This document shows positions 37,725 through 46,575 of a stretch of 64,000 nucleotides of DNA, piece by piece. The notes under the pieces were generated by a model, which was not told where the DNA came from, did not search any database, and was given only the letters and a program-made list of their open reading frames with translations. Each line of letters begins with the position of its first letter. Position 1 is the first letter of the stretch. Origin of the DNA: a bacterium (GTDB taxonomy: Bacteria > Arandabacterota > Arandabacteria > Arandabacterales > JALGWA01); the NCBI GenBank assembly GCA_050125095.1, contig JASFEA010000001.1, positions 1,389-65,388 of the forward strand, given 5' to 3'. Position numbers and translations under genes: made by a program.

Positions 37725-38531
37725 TCAGTCCTCCTCTTCAGGGGGCGGGGGAGGGGGCAGGGTAGACAGCGTTGACTGCGCCTCTCGCGCCTCCATCGTC
37801 GTGGGGTACCTCGAGACCACTATCTTGAAGTACTCCCTGGCGGTCTCTATATCATCTATCTCGATATAGCAGAGTCCGAGATTGTACATGGCCGGCGGCA
37901 CCCGGTCTCCCGACGGGTAATTGTCCAGCACCTTGCGGAATTCGACTATGGCGTCGTCATAATCACCGAGGAGGAAGTGGGACCGGCCTATCATGAACTG
38001 CGCGTCGTCCGAAAAGTCGGTCATGGGAAAGCCGCTGACGAAGTCCGAGAAACCCGCGATTGCGGACTCGAAGTCGCCCTTGGTAAAATCCACGTAGGCG
38101 GTCTCGAAGAGATGCTGCGCGAGCGACGCCTGCATCATCACCGAGTCTTCCCCCGCCGGAGTTGCGGCCCCGGCTCCGATGCCGGCCCCGACCCCGGCTC
38201 CCGCGCCGCCCCTCAAGGTGGCCTGCGAGATGCGATACCTGTTCTCCTTTACAAGGGACTCGAGTATTTCGACCCTCGTCTGGAGCTCGTCCATCCTGGT
38301 TCCCATGTCGGCTCTGCGCGTGCGGTACGGAACGGATTCCCTTCCCACCAGCGAATCGAGATCGGCTATGGCCCGGCGGCTCATGGCCAGTGAGTCCTCA
38401 AGCGCCTCGATGACCCTCTCCTGCCTGGCCGCCTGGGTTTCGAGTTCGTAGATTTTCTTTCCGTAGCAGCCGCAGAGCAGCAGGATCCCCGCGAAGAGGA
38501 AAAGCAGAACCAGCAGTCTCCTTCTTATCAT
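37725..38531 (-). CDS. cpoB: Tol-Pal system protein CpoB/YbgF (coiled-coil plus TPR)
   Basis: Single N-terminal TM/signal, coiled-coil (LETQAARQERVIEALEDSLAMSRRAIADLD...), Gly/Ala linker, C-terminal TPR repeats (AIAGFSDFVSGFP...AQFMIGRSHFLLGDYDDAIVEFRKVLDNYP...AMYNLGLCY). It sits immediately downstream of pal, as in the canonical operon. Confidence 0.7.
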   Translation of the reverse strand: MIRRRLLVLLFLFAGILLLCGCYGKKIYELETQAARQERVIEALEDSLAMSRRAIADLDSLVGRESVPYRTRRADMGTRMDELQTRVEILESLVKENRYRISQATLRGGAGAGVGAGIGAGAATPAGEDSVMMQASLAQHLFETAYVDFTKGDFESAIAGFSDFVSGFPMTDFSDDAQFMIGRSHFLLGDYDDAIVEFRKVLDNYPSGDRVPPAMYNLGLCYIEIDDIETAREYFKIVVSRYPTTMEAREAQSTLSTLPPPPPPEEED

Positions 38532-38559
38532 TGTGGCTTCCCCTGTCAGGTTCCCGGCC

Positions 38560-39087
38560 CTACTTGGTTACGACGAACCGGGCCCTTCGATTCTTCGCCC
38601 AGGCTTCCTCGTTGTGCCGGGGATCCACCGGCTTTTCCTCACCATAGCTTATTACGGATATGCGGTCTTTCGCAATCCCGAATCCCACGAGGTAGTCCCT
38701 CGCCGCGAGAGCGCGCTTCTCGCCGAGGGCGAGGTTGTAGTCCTCCGTGCCTCTCTCGTCACAGTGCCCCTCGATGAGGATACTGAAGCTCGAGTGCTCC
38801 ATCATGATGCTCGCGTTCGCCGAGAGCGTCATCTTGGACTCGGGGGTGAGGTCGTACTTGTCGAACTCGAAGTAGATGTTGTCCAGCTTTATGTCCTCGG
38901 GCCGGACGGGCACGACCGGTTCGACTTCGCGCTCGGGGAGCTTGGGCTCCTTGGCGGCCTCGGCCTCGCGCGCGGCCCTTTCGGCCGCCTCGCGTTCGGC
39001 GTCGATGTCGGGTTCGGCCTTCTTCTTGCCGCAGCCCACGATGGTAACGGCCAGCGCTATTACCAGCAAAATCGCAATGACTCTCAT
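38560..39087 (-). CDS. pal: Peptidoglycan-associated lipoprotein Pal (OmpA-family)
   Basis: Lipobox TIVGCG. OmpA-like domain with the peptidoglycan-binding motif (IEGHCDERGTEDYNLALGEKRALAARDYL) and C-terminal NRRARFVV. Confidence 0.85.
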   Translation of the reverse strand: MRVIAILLVIALAVTIVGCGKKKAEPDIDAEREAAERAAREAEAAKEPKLPEREVEPVVPVRPEDIKLDNIYFEFDKYDLTPESKMTLSANASIMMEHSSFSILIEGHCDERGTEDYNLALGEKRALAARDYLVGFGIAKDRISVISYGEEKPVDPRHNEEAWAKNRRARFVVTK

Positions 39088-39102
39088 GATTCCTCCTTGT
39101 CG

Positions 39103-40434
39103 TTACTCCGCCGCGAGGCCCTGTGTCCTCTGGTGGCCCGGCAGGGTCGCCCAGCTGGGGCTCCGCGGTCCCACGAGTCCGTCGAATATCTTGGTCTTGT
39201 TCCCGCCGTCACGGTTCATAATGTAGATAGCGGAATTGCCTGCTGCTGTCGAGCAAAAAACCAGATGCATGCCGTCCGGCGACCAGCCGGGGTCCTCGTT
39301 GTTTCCGCCGGACGTGAGCTGGGTCGAGGAAATTCCGAACGGGTCGGCCGCGAATATCTGAAAACGTCCCTCCACTCTCGACACATAAGCTATGAGATCC
39401 CCCTCCGGCGACCACGCCGGGGAGGTGTTGTAATAGCTGCCGTAGCTTATGCGCCTGGGGGAGAGGCCCTGGACGTCCGTCACGAATATGTGGGGCGAAC
39501 CCGCGCGGTCGGAGGTGAACGCGAGCTCGATGCCGTTGGGGGCCCAGGTAGGGGACGTGTCTATTCCTGAATAGTAGGTGAGTCGCTTTCTCGTCATGCC
39601 GTCTAAGGAGATTATGTAGACTTCGGGATTGCCGTCCTTGCTCAGGGTGAGCGCGATCCTATCCCCGTCCGGCGCCCATGCGGGGGAGGAGTTGAGGCCC
39701 TCGAACGAGGAGAACCTGGTCCTCGCCATGGTCATGACGTTGAGTATATAGACGGCGGGCACCCCGCTTTCATAGGAGAGGTATGCGATCCTTGTCCCGT
39801 CCGGCGACCATGCTGGCCCCATGACTATGCTCGGGGTCTCGGTGAGTCGTTCAAGATTCCTGCCGTCGATGTCGACCATATACAGATGAGATTTGCCCTT
39901 CTCGCCCGCCACGAAGGCGATCCTCGTATTGGCGATACCGTGCCTCCCGGTGAGGGCGTACACGATGTCGTCGGCGACCGTATGGGTCAGCTTGACGATC
40001 TCGCCGGCCGGCTCCCGGTACCTGCGGCTGAAGACGGAGGCCTTGGAGTTGAAGTCGGCGAGCTTGACACCCGCGGTTACGTCTCCTCCGGCCAGTGCGA
40101 TTTCCGACTCGACCACGGCGTGCATGTCGCCATCCTTGACGTCCACGATCTCGAAGTAGCCGGTCAGCTTGAGGTCCTTTTCCAGCGTTTCGATATAGGT
40201 CTCGTATTTCTCCCGGGCTTCCCCGGTCGGCTTCCTGGAGGGCTCGGCGAAGCCGATCTTGATCCGGCTGAATGAGTCCGACGTGATCCTCAGGTGGACG
40301 TCCTTCTGCCCGAGGCAGGGGCAGGCGGCCCCCGCCACGAGCAGAAACAGGCTCAAGGCACATAACGCTTTGAAGGGCGAATGCCGATTCGACTTGCGTC
40401 TTTCAGGGCTGCTCGGATGTCTGTTCGAATTCAA
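39103..40434 (-). CDS. tolB: TolB periplasmic beta-propeller protein
   Basis: N-terminal TolB domain followed by repeated WSPDG/WAPDG/WAPNG/WSPEG propeller blades. Located between tolA and pal. Confidence 0.8.
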   Translation of the reverse strand: MNSNRHPSSPERRKSNRHSPFKALCALSLFLLVAGAACPCLGQKDVHLRITSDSFSRIKIGFAEPSRKPTGEAREKYETYIETLEKDLKLTGYFEIVDVKDGDMHAVVESEIALAGGDVTAGVKLADFNSKASVFSRRYREPAGEIVKLTHTVADDIVYALTGRHGIANTRIAFVAGEKGKSHLYMVDIDGRNLERLTETPSIVMGPAWSPDGTRIAYLSYESGVPAVYILNVMTMARTRFSSFEGLNSSPAWAPDGDRIALTLSKDGNPEVYIISLDGMTRKRLTYYSGIDTSPTWAPNGIELAFTSDRAGSPHIFVTDVQGLSPRRISYGSYYNTSPAWSPEGDLIAYVSRVEGRFQIFAADPFGISSTQLTSGGNNEDPGWSPDGMHLVFCSTAAGNSAIYIMNRDGGNKTKIFDGLVGPRSPSWATLPGHQRTQGLAAE

Positions 40435-41062
40435 AGTGAACTCCCAACCATTTGCTCTTGTAACCCGCCGGCAGCGGCGGCAGCGGGTCGCACAGTTTAA
40501 TTGCTCTCACGGCGGCCTTGTCGAACAGGTCGTATCCGGATTTCCTCTCGACCTTGGTGTCGGCGATGCCGCCCGACTTGGAGATTCTGAAGTATATGAC
40601 GGACGAGGTCGGACTTCCCGAGCCGGAAATGGGAGGGGGGGACCAGTTCGAGCCCACCCGCTCCCTGATGATCTCAAGGTAGTAGGCGAACTTGAAGTCC
40701 GGGTCGTCCACCGTCACGGCGGACCCCGCGGCGGCCGCGGACGGCTTCTTTTCGGGCTCGGCCTTCTTGGCCGTGCTCTCCGGCTTGGGCTCGGTCTTCT
40801 TCTTCGTCGTCTTCTTCTCGGGTTTATAGGTCATCTTGGGCTCGGCCTTCTTCTCGGGTTCCGGAGCCTTCTCTTCCTTGACGACCTCGGGCTTCTTCTC
40901 GGGCGCGGGTTTGGGGGGCGCGGGCCTGGGTTTCTCTTCCGCGATGAGTTTGACGTTCATCACCTGTGTCGTGACCGTCTTCCCCGTCCAGAGCGCCGGC
41001 AATACGATGACGCCGAGGAAGACCGCGTGAGCGATGAGAGAGGTCAGCAGGGAAGATCTCAA
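40403..41062 (-). CDS. tolA: TolA-like protein (TM anchor, Lys/Pro/Glu-rich linker, TonB/TolA C-terminal domain)
   Basis: N-terminal TM HAVFLGVIVLPALW, a low-complexity EKKPE/PKPE linker, and a C-terminal domain with ...YYLEIIRERVGSNW...GYDLFDKAAVRAIKLCDPLPPLP typical of the TonB_C/TolA fold. Position follows tolR. Confidence 0.6.
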   Translation of the reverse strand: MRSSLLTSLIAHAVFLGVIVLPALWTGKTVTTQVMNVKLIAEEKPRPAPPKPAPEKKPEVVKEEKAPEPEKKAEPKMTYKPEKKTTKKKTEPKPESTAKKAEPEKKPSAAAAGSAVTVDDPDFKFAYYLEIIRERVGSNWSPPPISGSGSPTSSVIYFRISKSGGIADTKVERKSGYDLFDKAAVRAIKLCDPLPPLPAGYKSKWLGVHFEFEQTSEQP

Positions 41063-41463
41063 CGTCTTGCTTCCTCCTCCAGTTCCGTCACGAGACCGAC
41101 CTCGACTATCCCATGTTTCCTCGCGGCGTCGAGCACCTTCACCACCGCGCCGTACGGCACCTGCTGGTCGGCCCTTATGAGCACGCCCTTGGCCCCCCTG
41201 GCCCTGGCTCTCTCCAGGCTCTGCCCTAGAGCTGCGAGGGGCACCAGCTCCCCTGCTATCGAGAGCGCGCCGTCCTTGCGCACGGTTATTGTCAGGGTTT
41301 CCCTCTTCTCTATGGGCTTGGCAGACGCCTTGGGCAGATTGACCTCGATCCCCAGCTGCATCAGGGGGGAAGTGATCATGAAGATGATGAGCAGAACGAG
41401 AGTCACGTCCACCAGCGATGTCACGTTTATCTCAGAGAGTAACTTCTTCTCGCTCAATTTCAC
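41059..41463 (-). CDS. tolR: TolR/ExbD biopolymer transport protein
   Basis: ExbD/TolR signature INVTSLVDVTLVLLIIFMITSP and a periplasmic domain. 4-nt overlap with tolA. Confidence 0.8.
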   Translation of the reverse strand: MKLSEKKLLSEINVTSLVDVTLVLLIIFMITSPLMQLGIEVNLPKASAKPIEKRETLTITVRKDGALSIAGELVPLAALGQSLERARARGAKGVLIRADQQVPYGAVVKVLDAARKHGIVEVGLVTELEEEARR

Positions 41464-42163
41464 CTTGTATCTCCCTTTCCGCGCGGTTGGATACGCGAGA
41501 GATGAATGAGTCCATGAGAGAGGCCTCGCGGCGCACGCGGGCCACGAAGTAGTTGTAGATAATGAGCGCCGGTATGGCCGCGCCGAGACCGAAGACGGTG
41601 GTTATGAGGGCCTCCGCGATGCCCGAGCCCACGACGGTAATGCTCGCCGACCCGGCGGCCCCCATGCTGAGAAACGAGTTCATGACGCCCCATACCGTTC
41701 CGAAAAGGCCGAGGAACGGCGCGACACTGGCCGTCGTGGCGAGCACGGTGAGATTGCGCTCCATATCCTCGAGTATCTCGCCTGCCTTGCGCTCCATTGC
41801 CCCGCGCGCGGCGTCGGTGAGCGTGCGCGAGGTGTCGGCCCGTATTTCCTTTATTGCCCCGACCTCGTCGTTCAGGGTCTCTTCCCCCGAGAGCATGATG
41901 CGGCCGAGGCTCGAGCTCTTGTATTTCTCGACATAGCGCCTGGCTTCGAAAACCGAGAATTCCCTGGGAAGCCCGGCCAGGAAGCCCTTGTTGAGGGCGG
42001 CGTTGCTCCTCAAGCGCCTGAACTTGTCGATGGCGATCGCCCAGGAGATCATAGAGAGTACCGCGAGAATCAGGAGAACGATCGTTGCGACAAGCCCGGA
42101 ATTGAGAATGATGTCGCCGACTCCGGGCTTGGATGTAATTAGAACGGCGAGAATAGAATTCAC
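41432..42163 (-). CDS. tolQ: TolQ/ExbB (MotA/TolQ/ExbB proton-channel family)
   Basis: Three TM helices with the conserved ...APFLGLFGTVWGVMNSF...GIAEALITTVFGL. The proposed start is a GTG (VNSILAV...) preceded by AAGGAAGG at 8 nt. The track ORF extends to 42196. Confidence 0.8.
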   Translation of the reverse strand: MNSILAVLITSKPGVGDIILNSGLVATIVLLILAVLSMISWAIAIDKFRRLRSNAALNKGFLAGLPREFSVFEARRYVEKYKSSSLGRIMLSGEETLNDEVGAIKEIRADTSRTLTDAARGAMERKAGEILEDMERNLTVLATTASVAPFLGLFGTVWGVMNSFLSMGAAGSASITVVGSGIAEALITTVFGLGAAIPALIIYNYFVARVRREASLMDSFISRVSNRAEREIQGEIEREEVTL

Positions 42164-42223
42164 GTCTGGCACCTTCCTTGACGTCGGAACGTCCAAGTTG
42201 GCGCCGCTTCGAAGGGCAAGCCG

Positions 42224-42252
42224 ACTTTAGCCATTCGGAACGGATTTGTCAA
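42224..42252 (-). promoter_or_regulatory. Promoter candidate for the tol-pal operon: TTGACA-N17-TAAAGT (minus strand)
   Basis: Minus-strand reading ttgacaaatccgttccgaatggctaaagt sits 60-90 nt upstream of tolQ. The spacer is optimal at 17 nt. Confidence 0.35.
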
Positions 42253-42322
42253 GCCAATTCAGGCGCTCTTTTTTAAATGACGGTCCGGGTCGCCAGAGAC
42301 CCGGGTATGGCTTATAAACGGG

Positions 42323-42352
42323 TTGACAAAAGCGGGGTTGAAGTGATAGCTT
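42323..42352 (+). promoter_or_regulatory. Promoter candidate for the hdrCBA-sdhBA operon: TTGACA-N18-TAGCTTCC
   Basis: Lies 55 nt upstream of the hdrC ATG. The same -10 octamer TAGCTTCC follows a TTGACA at 48262-48290. A perfect 7-bp hairpin (ccgggtc-gccaga-gacccgg, 42285-42304) lies just upstream. Confidence 0.35.
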
Positions 42353-42411
42353 CCCTTGAATGTGTCAGGCCTTTTTTTTGCGTATAGGGCGGTTTCAAGG
42401 AGAATTGCAGC

Positions 42412-42831
42412 ATGGGTGATACACGCGTCAGGTTGTCCAGAGACAGGGTAATGAGTGACTTCGTAAAGCGCGTAAACGAAATAAGCGGTCAGAACGTCCT
42501 CAACTGCTATCAATGCGGCAGGTGTTCTTCCGGATGTCCCCTGACCTTCGCAATGGACCTTCTCCCGAGCCAGGTGATCAGGCTCGTTCAGCTGGGTCTG
42601 GAAGAGGAAGCTCTCGAGGGAAACACGCAGTGGCTCTGCGCATCATGCCTGACCTGTCATGCAAGATGCCCCAGGGGCGTTGATCTGGCCAAGGTAATGG
42701 AGGCGCTGAGAGCTCTCAAGCTGAGGCCGGGTAAGGAAAGCCGCATAAAGATAGAGGATATTCCCAAAGAGCAGCTGGCGAAGATGCCTCAGCAGGGTAT
42801 TGTCAGTGGTTTCAGGAAACTCACCGGTTAA
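42412..42831 (+). CDS. hdrC: Heterodisulfide reductase subunit C-like (HdrC; two [4Fe-4S] ferredoxin motifs)
   Basis: CYQCGRCSSGCP and CASCLTCHARCP motifs with the HdrC-type spacing. SD AAGGAGA lies 9 nt upstream of ATG 42412. Confidence 0.8.
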   Translation: MGDTRVRLSRDRVMSDFVKRVNEISGQNVLNCYQCGRCSSGCPLTFAMDLLPSQVIRLVQLGLEEEALEGNTQWLCASCLTCHARCPRGVDLAKVMEALRALKLRPGKESRIKIEDIPKEQLAKMPQQGIVSGFRKLTG

Positions 42832-42855
42832 GAGTCAGTGTCCCAGGAGGATATC

Positions 42856-43785
42856 GTGAAGGTAGCTTACTTTCCCGGTTGTACGCTCAAGACCAAGGCG
42901 AAGGGACTCGACGACTCGGTCGTGGACACCGCCAGGGCCCTGGGGTACGACCTCGAAGAGGTCCCGGACTGGACCTGCTGCGGGGCGACATTCAACCTTT
43001 CGGTTGACAACATCATGGCCCTCGCGCCGCCCATCCGCATACTCGCCAACGCGCAACAGATAGGAAAAGAAGTCGTGACGGTCTGCGCCGGTTGCTACAA
43101 CGTCCTCAAGCGCGCGAATTACACCGTCCGGAACGACCCCGAGAAACTCCAGAAGATCACCGATTTTATCGAACTCGATTACAACGGAGATACGGAGGTG
43201 CTCCACTACCTGGAGTTCCTGAGAGACAGGGTGGGGTTCGAGAAGATATCGAAGAACTTGAAGAGGGATCTTGGCGAGCTCAAGGTCGTACCCTATTACG
43301 GCTGCCAGCTCCTGAGGCCGCATGAGGAAGTCCTCCTGGACGATCCCGAGAATCCCATGATACTGGACAACATGCTCGAGGCCATCGGCTGCGATGTCCT
43401 CGAGTTTCCGCATAAGGGCGAGTGCTGCGGCGCGTTTCTCACCGTCTGCAGCAACCTCGAGGCCCGCCTGGCCGAGCCCGGCGACAGGCCGGACAACGCC
43501 GTCAGCGACTGCTCCTACACCATAGTGAACTCGGCCGGCAAGAGAGGGGCGGACCTCATCGTTCTGTCATGCCCGCTCTGCCAGTACAATATCGATTACT
43601 CGCAGGAGCGGATCATAAAGGAGCATTACGGCTTCAAGCAGGTGCCTTCGCTTTATTTCTCGCAGCTTCTGGCGCTTGCCCTCGGCCTCGACATGAACAA
43701 GTATTCTCTTGATGATAAGCATCATTTCATTAATCCCAAAGGAGTCATAGAACAGAAAGTCCTGTCTCAACGTGAGGTAGCCTGA
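42856..43785 (+). CDS. hdrB: Heterodisulfide reductase subunit B-like (HdrB; two CCG Cys-rich domains)
   Basis: Two CCG domains (YFPGCTL...WTCCGATF...CAGCY and YYGCQL...GECCGAFL...SCPLCQYN). Proposed GTG start at 42856 is preceded by AGGAGG at 6 nt. The track ORF is from 42838. Confidence 0.8.
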   Translation: MKVAYFPGCTLKTKAKGLDDSVVDTARALGYDLEEVPDWTCCGATFNLSVDNIMALAPPIRILANAQQIGKEVVTVCAGCYNVLKRANYTVRNDPEKLQKITDFIELDYNGDTEVLHYLEFLRDRVGFEKISKNLKRDLGELKVVPYYGCQLLRPHEEVLLDDPENPMILDNMLEAIGCDVLEFPHKGECCGAFLTVCSNLEARLAEPGDRPDNAVSDCSYTIVNSAGKRGADLIVLSCPLCQYNIDYSQERIIKEHYGFKQVPSLYFSQLLALALGLDMNKYSLDDKHHFINPKGVIEQKVLSQREVA

Positions 43786-45758
43786 TGAAAAGGATAGGCG
43801 TTTTCGTTTGCTGGTGCGGATCCAATATAGCTTCTACGGTCGACGTCGGCAAGGTGGTCGAGGCCGCGAAGAAGATGCCGGGTGTCGTGCACGCGGAGGA
43901 CTACAAGTACCTGTGCTCCGATCCCGGTCAGAACATAGTACAGAAGGCGATCGCGGACCACAACCTCGATGCCGTGGTCATAAGCGCTTGCACTCCGAGC
44001 CTCCACGAGCCCACGTTCAGGAAGGCCTGCGAGCTCTCGGGGCTCAACCCCTATCAGTGCGAGATAGCCAACATCCGCGAGCAGTGCAGCTGGGTGCACG
44101 ACGATCCGGAAGCCGCGACCAGGAAGGCGGTTCTGGTCATAAGGTCGATTGTAGAGAAGGTCAAGCTCAACGAGTCTCTCGATCCGATTACCGCGCCGCT
44201 CACGAAGCGCGCGATGGTGATCGGAGCCGGCATAAGCGGCATACAGTCCGCGCTTGACATCGCCAACGCCGGCTATGAGGTCGTTCTGGTCGAGCGCGAG
44301 CCGGCCATCGGCGGCCACATGGCGCAGCTATCGGAGACATTCCCGACGCTCGATTGCTCCCAGTGTATCCTCACTCCCAAGATGGTGGAAGTAAGCCGCC
44401 ATCCCAATATCAAGCTCATGACCTACAGCGAGGTCCTTGAGGTATCCGGCTTTGTGGGCAACTTCACCGCGAAGATACTCAAGAAGCCCAGGTACGTCAA
44501 AGAAGACGTGTGCACAAACTGCGGAGACTGCTCGGACGTATGCCCCGTGGTCGTGCCCAACGAGTTCGACCGGGGCCTTTCCTCCAGGCACGCCATATAC
44601 GTGCCTTTCCCGCAGGCCGTGCCCGCGATCTACACGCTGGACGCGAACTCATGTCTCGGGCTCTTCCCGCTGGCCTGCGAGAACTGCCGCAATGCATGCG
44701 AGGTCGACGCGATAGACTATGACATGGAACCCGAGGTCGTCGAAGAGCAGGTCGGAGCCATAGTGGTCGCCACCGGCTTCGACGTCTTTCCCATCGAGGA
44801 GATCAAGGAATACGGCTACGGCAAGTGCCCGGACATAATAGACGGGCTGCATTTCGAGCGGCTTCTCTCGGCCTCCGGTCCCACGCAGGGCGAGGTCAGG
44901 AGGCCTTCGGACGGCAAGGTTCCCAAGGAAGTGGTGTTCGTCCAGTGCGCCGGCTCGAGGGACACCGAACGCGGCAAGCCCTATTGCTCCAAGATATGCT
45001 GCATGTACACGGCCAAGCACGCGATGCTCTACAAGCACAAGGTGCATGACGGCCAGGCGTATATCTTCTATATCGACGTTCGCGCAGCCGGCAAGAACTA
45101 CGAGGAGTTCTACCAGCGCGGCGTCGAAGAGGACGGGACCATGTACTTGAGGGGCAAGGCCTCCAAGATCTTCGAGGAGGACGGCAAGGTCTATGTCTGG
45201 GGCTCTGATACGCTCACGGGCAAGAAGATCGAGATAGCCGCGGACATGGTAGTGCTGGCGGCCCCCATCATCCCGAGCGTGGGCACCGCCGAGCTCGCCA
45301 AGAAGCTCAGGATCCAGACCGATATAAACGGCTTCCTCTCGGAAGTGCATCCCAAGCTCAGGCCCGTGGAAAGTATCACTGCCGGGTACTTCCTGGCAGG
45401 CGCGGGGCAGGCTCCCAAGGACATTCCGGAGGCCGTCGCCCAGGCGAGCGGCGCCGCGAGCAAGGTGCTCGACCTCTTCAGCCAGAACGAGGTGCATCAC
45501 GACCCCATGATCGTCGGCATAGACGAGGACCTCTGCAGCGGCTGCGGCGTATGCGTCGGCGTATGCCCGTACTCGGCGAGGGAGCTGGATACCGAGCGCA
45601 AGAAGGTAAGGGTGATTGAGGTTCTCTGTGAAGGCTGCGGCGCCTGCGGGGCGGCCTGTCCCACAGGGGCGGCCCAGCAGAGGAACCTGACTGACAGGCA
45701 AGTTGCGACAATGGTCGGGGCCACGCTCGACACGTTAACAGAGGAAACAGAAGAGTAA
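43785..45758 (+). CDS. hdrA: Heterodisulfide reductase subunit A-like (HdrA; FAD plus multiple Fe-S clusters)
   Basis: HdrA N-terminal 4-Cys region (GVFVCWCGSNI...CSDPG...ISACTPS...REQCSW), FAD-binding GAGISGIQSALDIA, inserted ferredoxin CTNCGDCSDVCP, and C-terminal CSGCGVCVGVCP/CEGCGACGAACP. The start overlaps the hdrB stop (TGATG). Confidence 0.85.
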   Translation: MKRIGVFVCWCGSNIASTVDVGKVVEAAKKMPGVVHAEDYKYLCSDPGQNIVQKAIADHNLDAVVISACTPSLHEPTFRKACELSGLNPYQCEIANIREQCSWVHDDPEAATRKAVLVIRSIVEKVKLNESLDPITAPLTKRAMVIGAGISGIQSALDIANAGYEVVLVEREPAIGGHMAQLSETFPTLDCSQCILTPKMVEVSRHPNIKLMTYSEVLEVSGFVGNFTAKILKKPRYVKEDVCTNCGDCSDVCPVVVPNEFDRGLSSRHAIYVPFPQAVPAIYTLDANSCLGLFPLACENCRNACEVDAIDYDMEPEVVEEQVGAIVVATGFDVFPIEEIKEYGYGKCPDIIDGLHFERLLSASGPTQGEVRRPSDGKVPKEVVFVQCAGSRDTERGKPYCSKICCMYTAKHAMLYKHKVHDGQAYIFYIDVRAAGKNYEEFYQRGVEEDGTMYLRGKASKIFEEDGKVYVWGSDTLTGKKIEIAADMVVLAAPIIPSVGTAELAKKLRIQTDINGFLSEVHPKLRPVESITAGYFLAGAGQAPKDIPEAVAQASGAASKVLDLFSQNEVHHDPMIVGIDEDLCSGCGVCVGVCPYSARELDTERKKVRVIEVLCEGCGACGAACPTGAAQQRNLTDRQVATMVGATLDTLTEETEE

Positions 45759-45773
45759 AAAGGTGAGGTAACG

Positions 45774-46556
45774 ATGGCAGCGAAGAAAGCAGCTACTAAG
45801 CCCAAGACGAAGAAGGCAGCCAAAGACGCCGGGCCCGAGATGATTCCAATTTACATCATGGGCAAAAGGTACGACGTGCCCAAGGGCCTTACCATACAGA
45901 AGGCGCTTGAGTACGCGGGTATGACGCTTCTGCGCGGCTGCGGTTGCAGGGGTGGGTTCTGCGGCGCCTGCGGTACCGTTTACAGGACCAAAGGCGACTA
46001 CAAGCTCAAGGTCGCCCTGGCCTGCCAGACCGTCGTTGAAGACGGCATGTACCTTACCCAGATACCTTTCTATCCGGCTAACAAGGCCACGTACGATATC
46101 GAGAAACTCGGGCCCGTGCTCGAGGATGTTGTGCAGTGCTATCCCGAGCTCATGCGATGCGTGCAGTGCGGGACCTGCACCAAGGTGTGCCCGCAGGACA
46201 TCGACGTGATGCAGTACATGGCGACGGCCATGCGCGGAGACATCTCCCGCACGGCCGACCTCTCTTTCGACTGCATCATGTGCGGGCTCTGCGCGAGCCG
46301 CTGCCCGGCGGAGACGGTGCAGTACTACGTGGGCATCCTCAACAGGCGCCTCTACGGCAAGTATGTCGCGCCCGCGGCCAAGCACGTGCAGGAGAGAATC
46401 AAGGAGCTTGAGGCCAGCAAGTATGATAAGGAAATCGCCGACTACATGAAGATGGACAAAAAAGAACTTCAGAAAATATACGAATCAAGAGATATCGAAC
46501 CGGAAGACCTGAGTGTGGAGCCCGCTTTGACGGCTTCCGGCGAGAAGAACGACTGA
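45774..46556 (+). CDS. Succinate dehydrogenase/fumarate reductase iron-sulfur subunit-like protein (SdhB/FrdB/TfrB-type)
   Basis: Lys-rich N-terminal tail (KKAATKPKTKKAAKD), then a 2Fe-2S-type Cys pattern CGCRGGFCGACG and two ferredoxin-type motifs CVQCGTCTKVCP / CIMCGLCASRCP. No membrane-anchor gene is nearby. Confidence 0.7.
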   Translation: MAAKKAATKPKTKKAAKDAGPEMIPIYIMGKRYDVPKGLTIQKALEYAGMTLLRGCGCRGGFCGACGTVYRTKGDYKLKVALACQTVVEDGMYLTQIPFYPANKATYDIEKLGPVLEDVVQCYPELMRCVQCGTCTKVCPQDIDVMQYMATAMRGDISRTADLSFDCIMCGLCASRCPAETVQYYVGILNRRLYGKYVAPAAKHVQERIKELEASKYDKEIADYMKMDKKELQKIYESRDIEPEDLSVEPALTASGEKND

Positions 46557-46575
46557 ATTAAGGAGGAGAGTTGAG

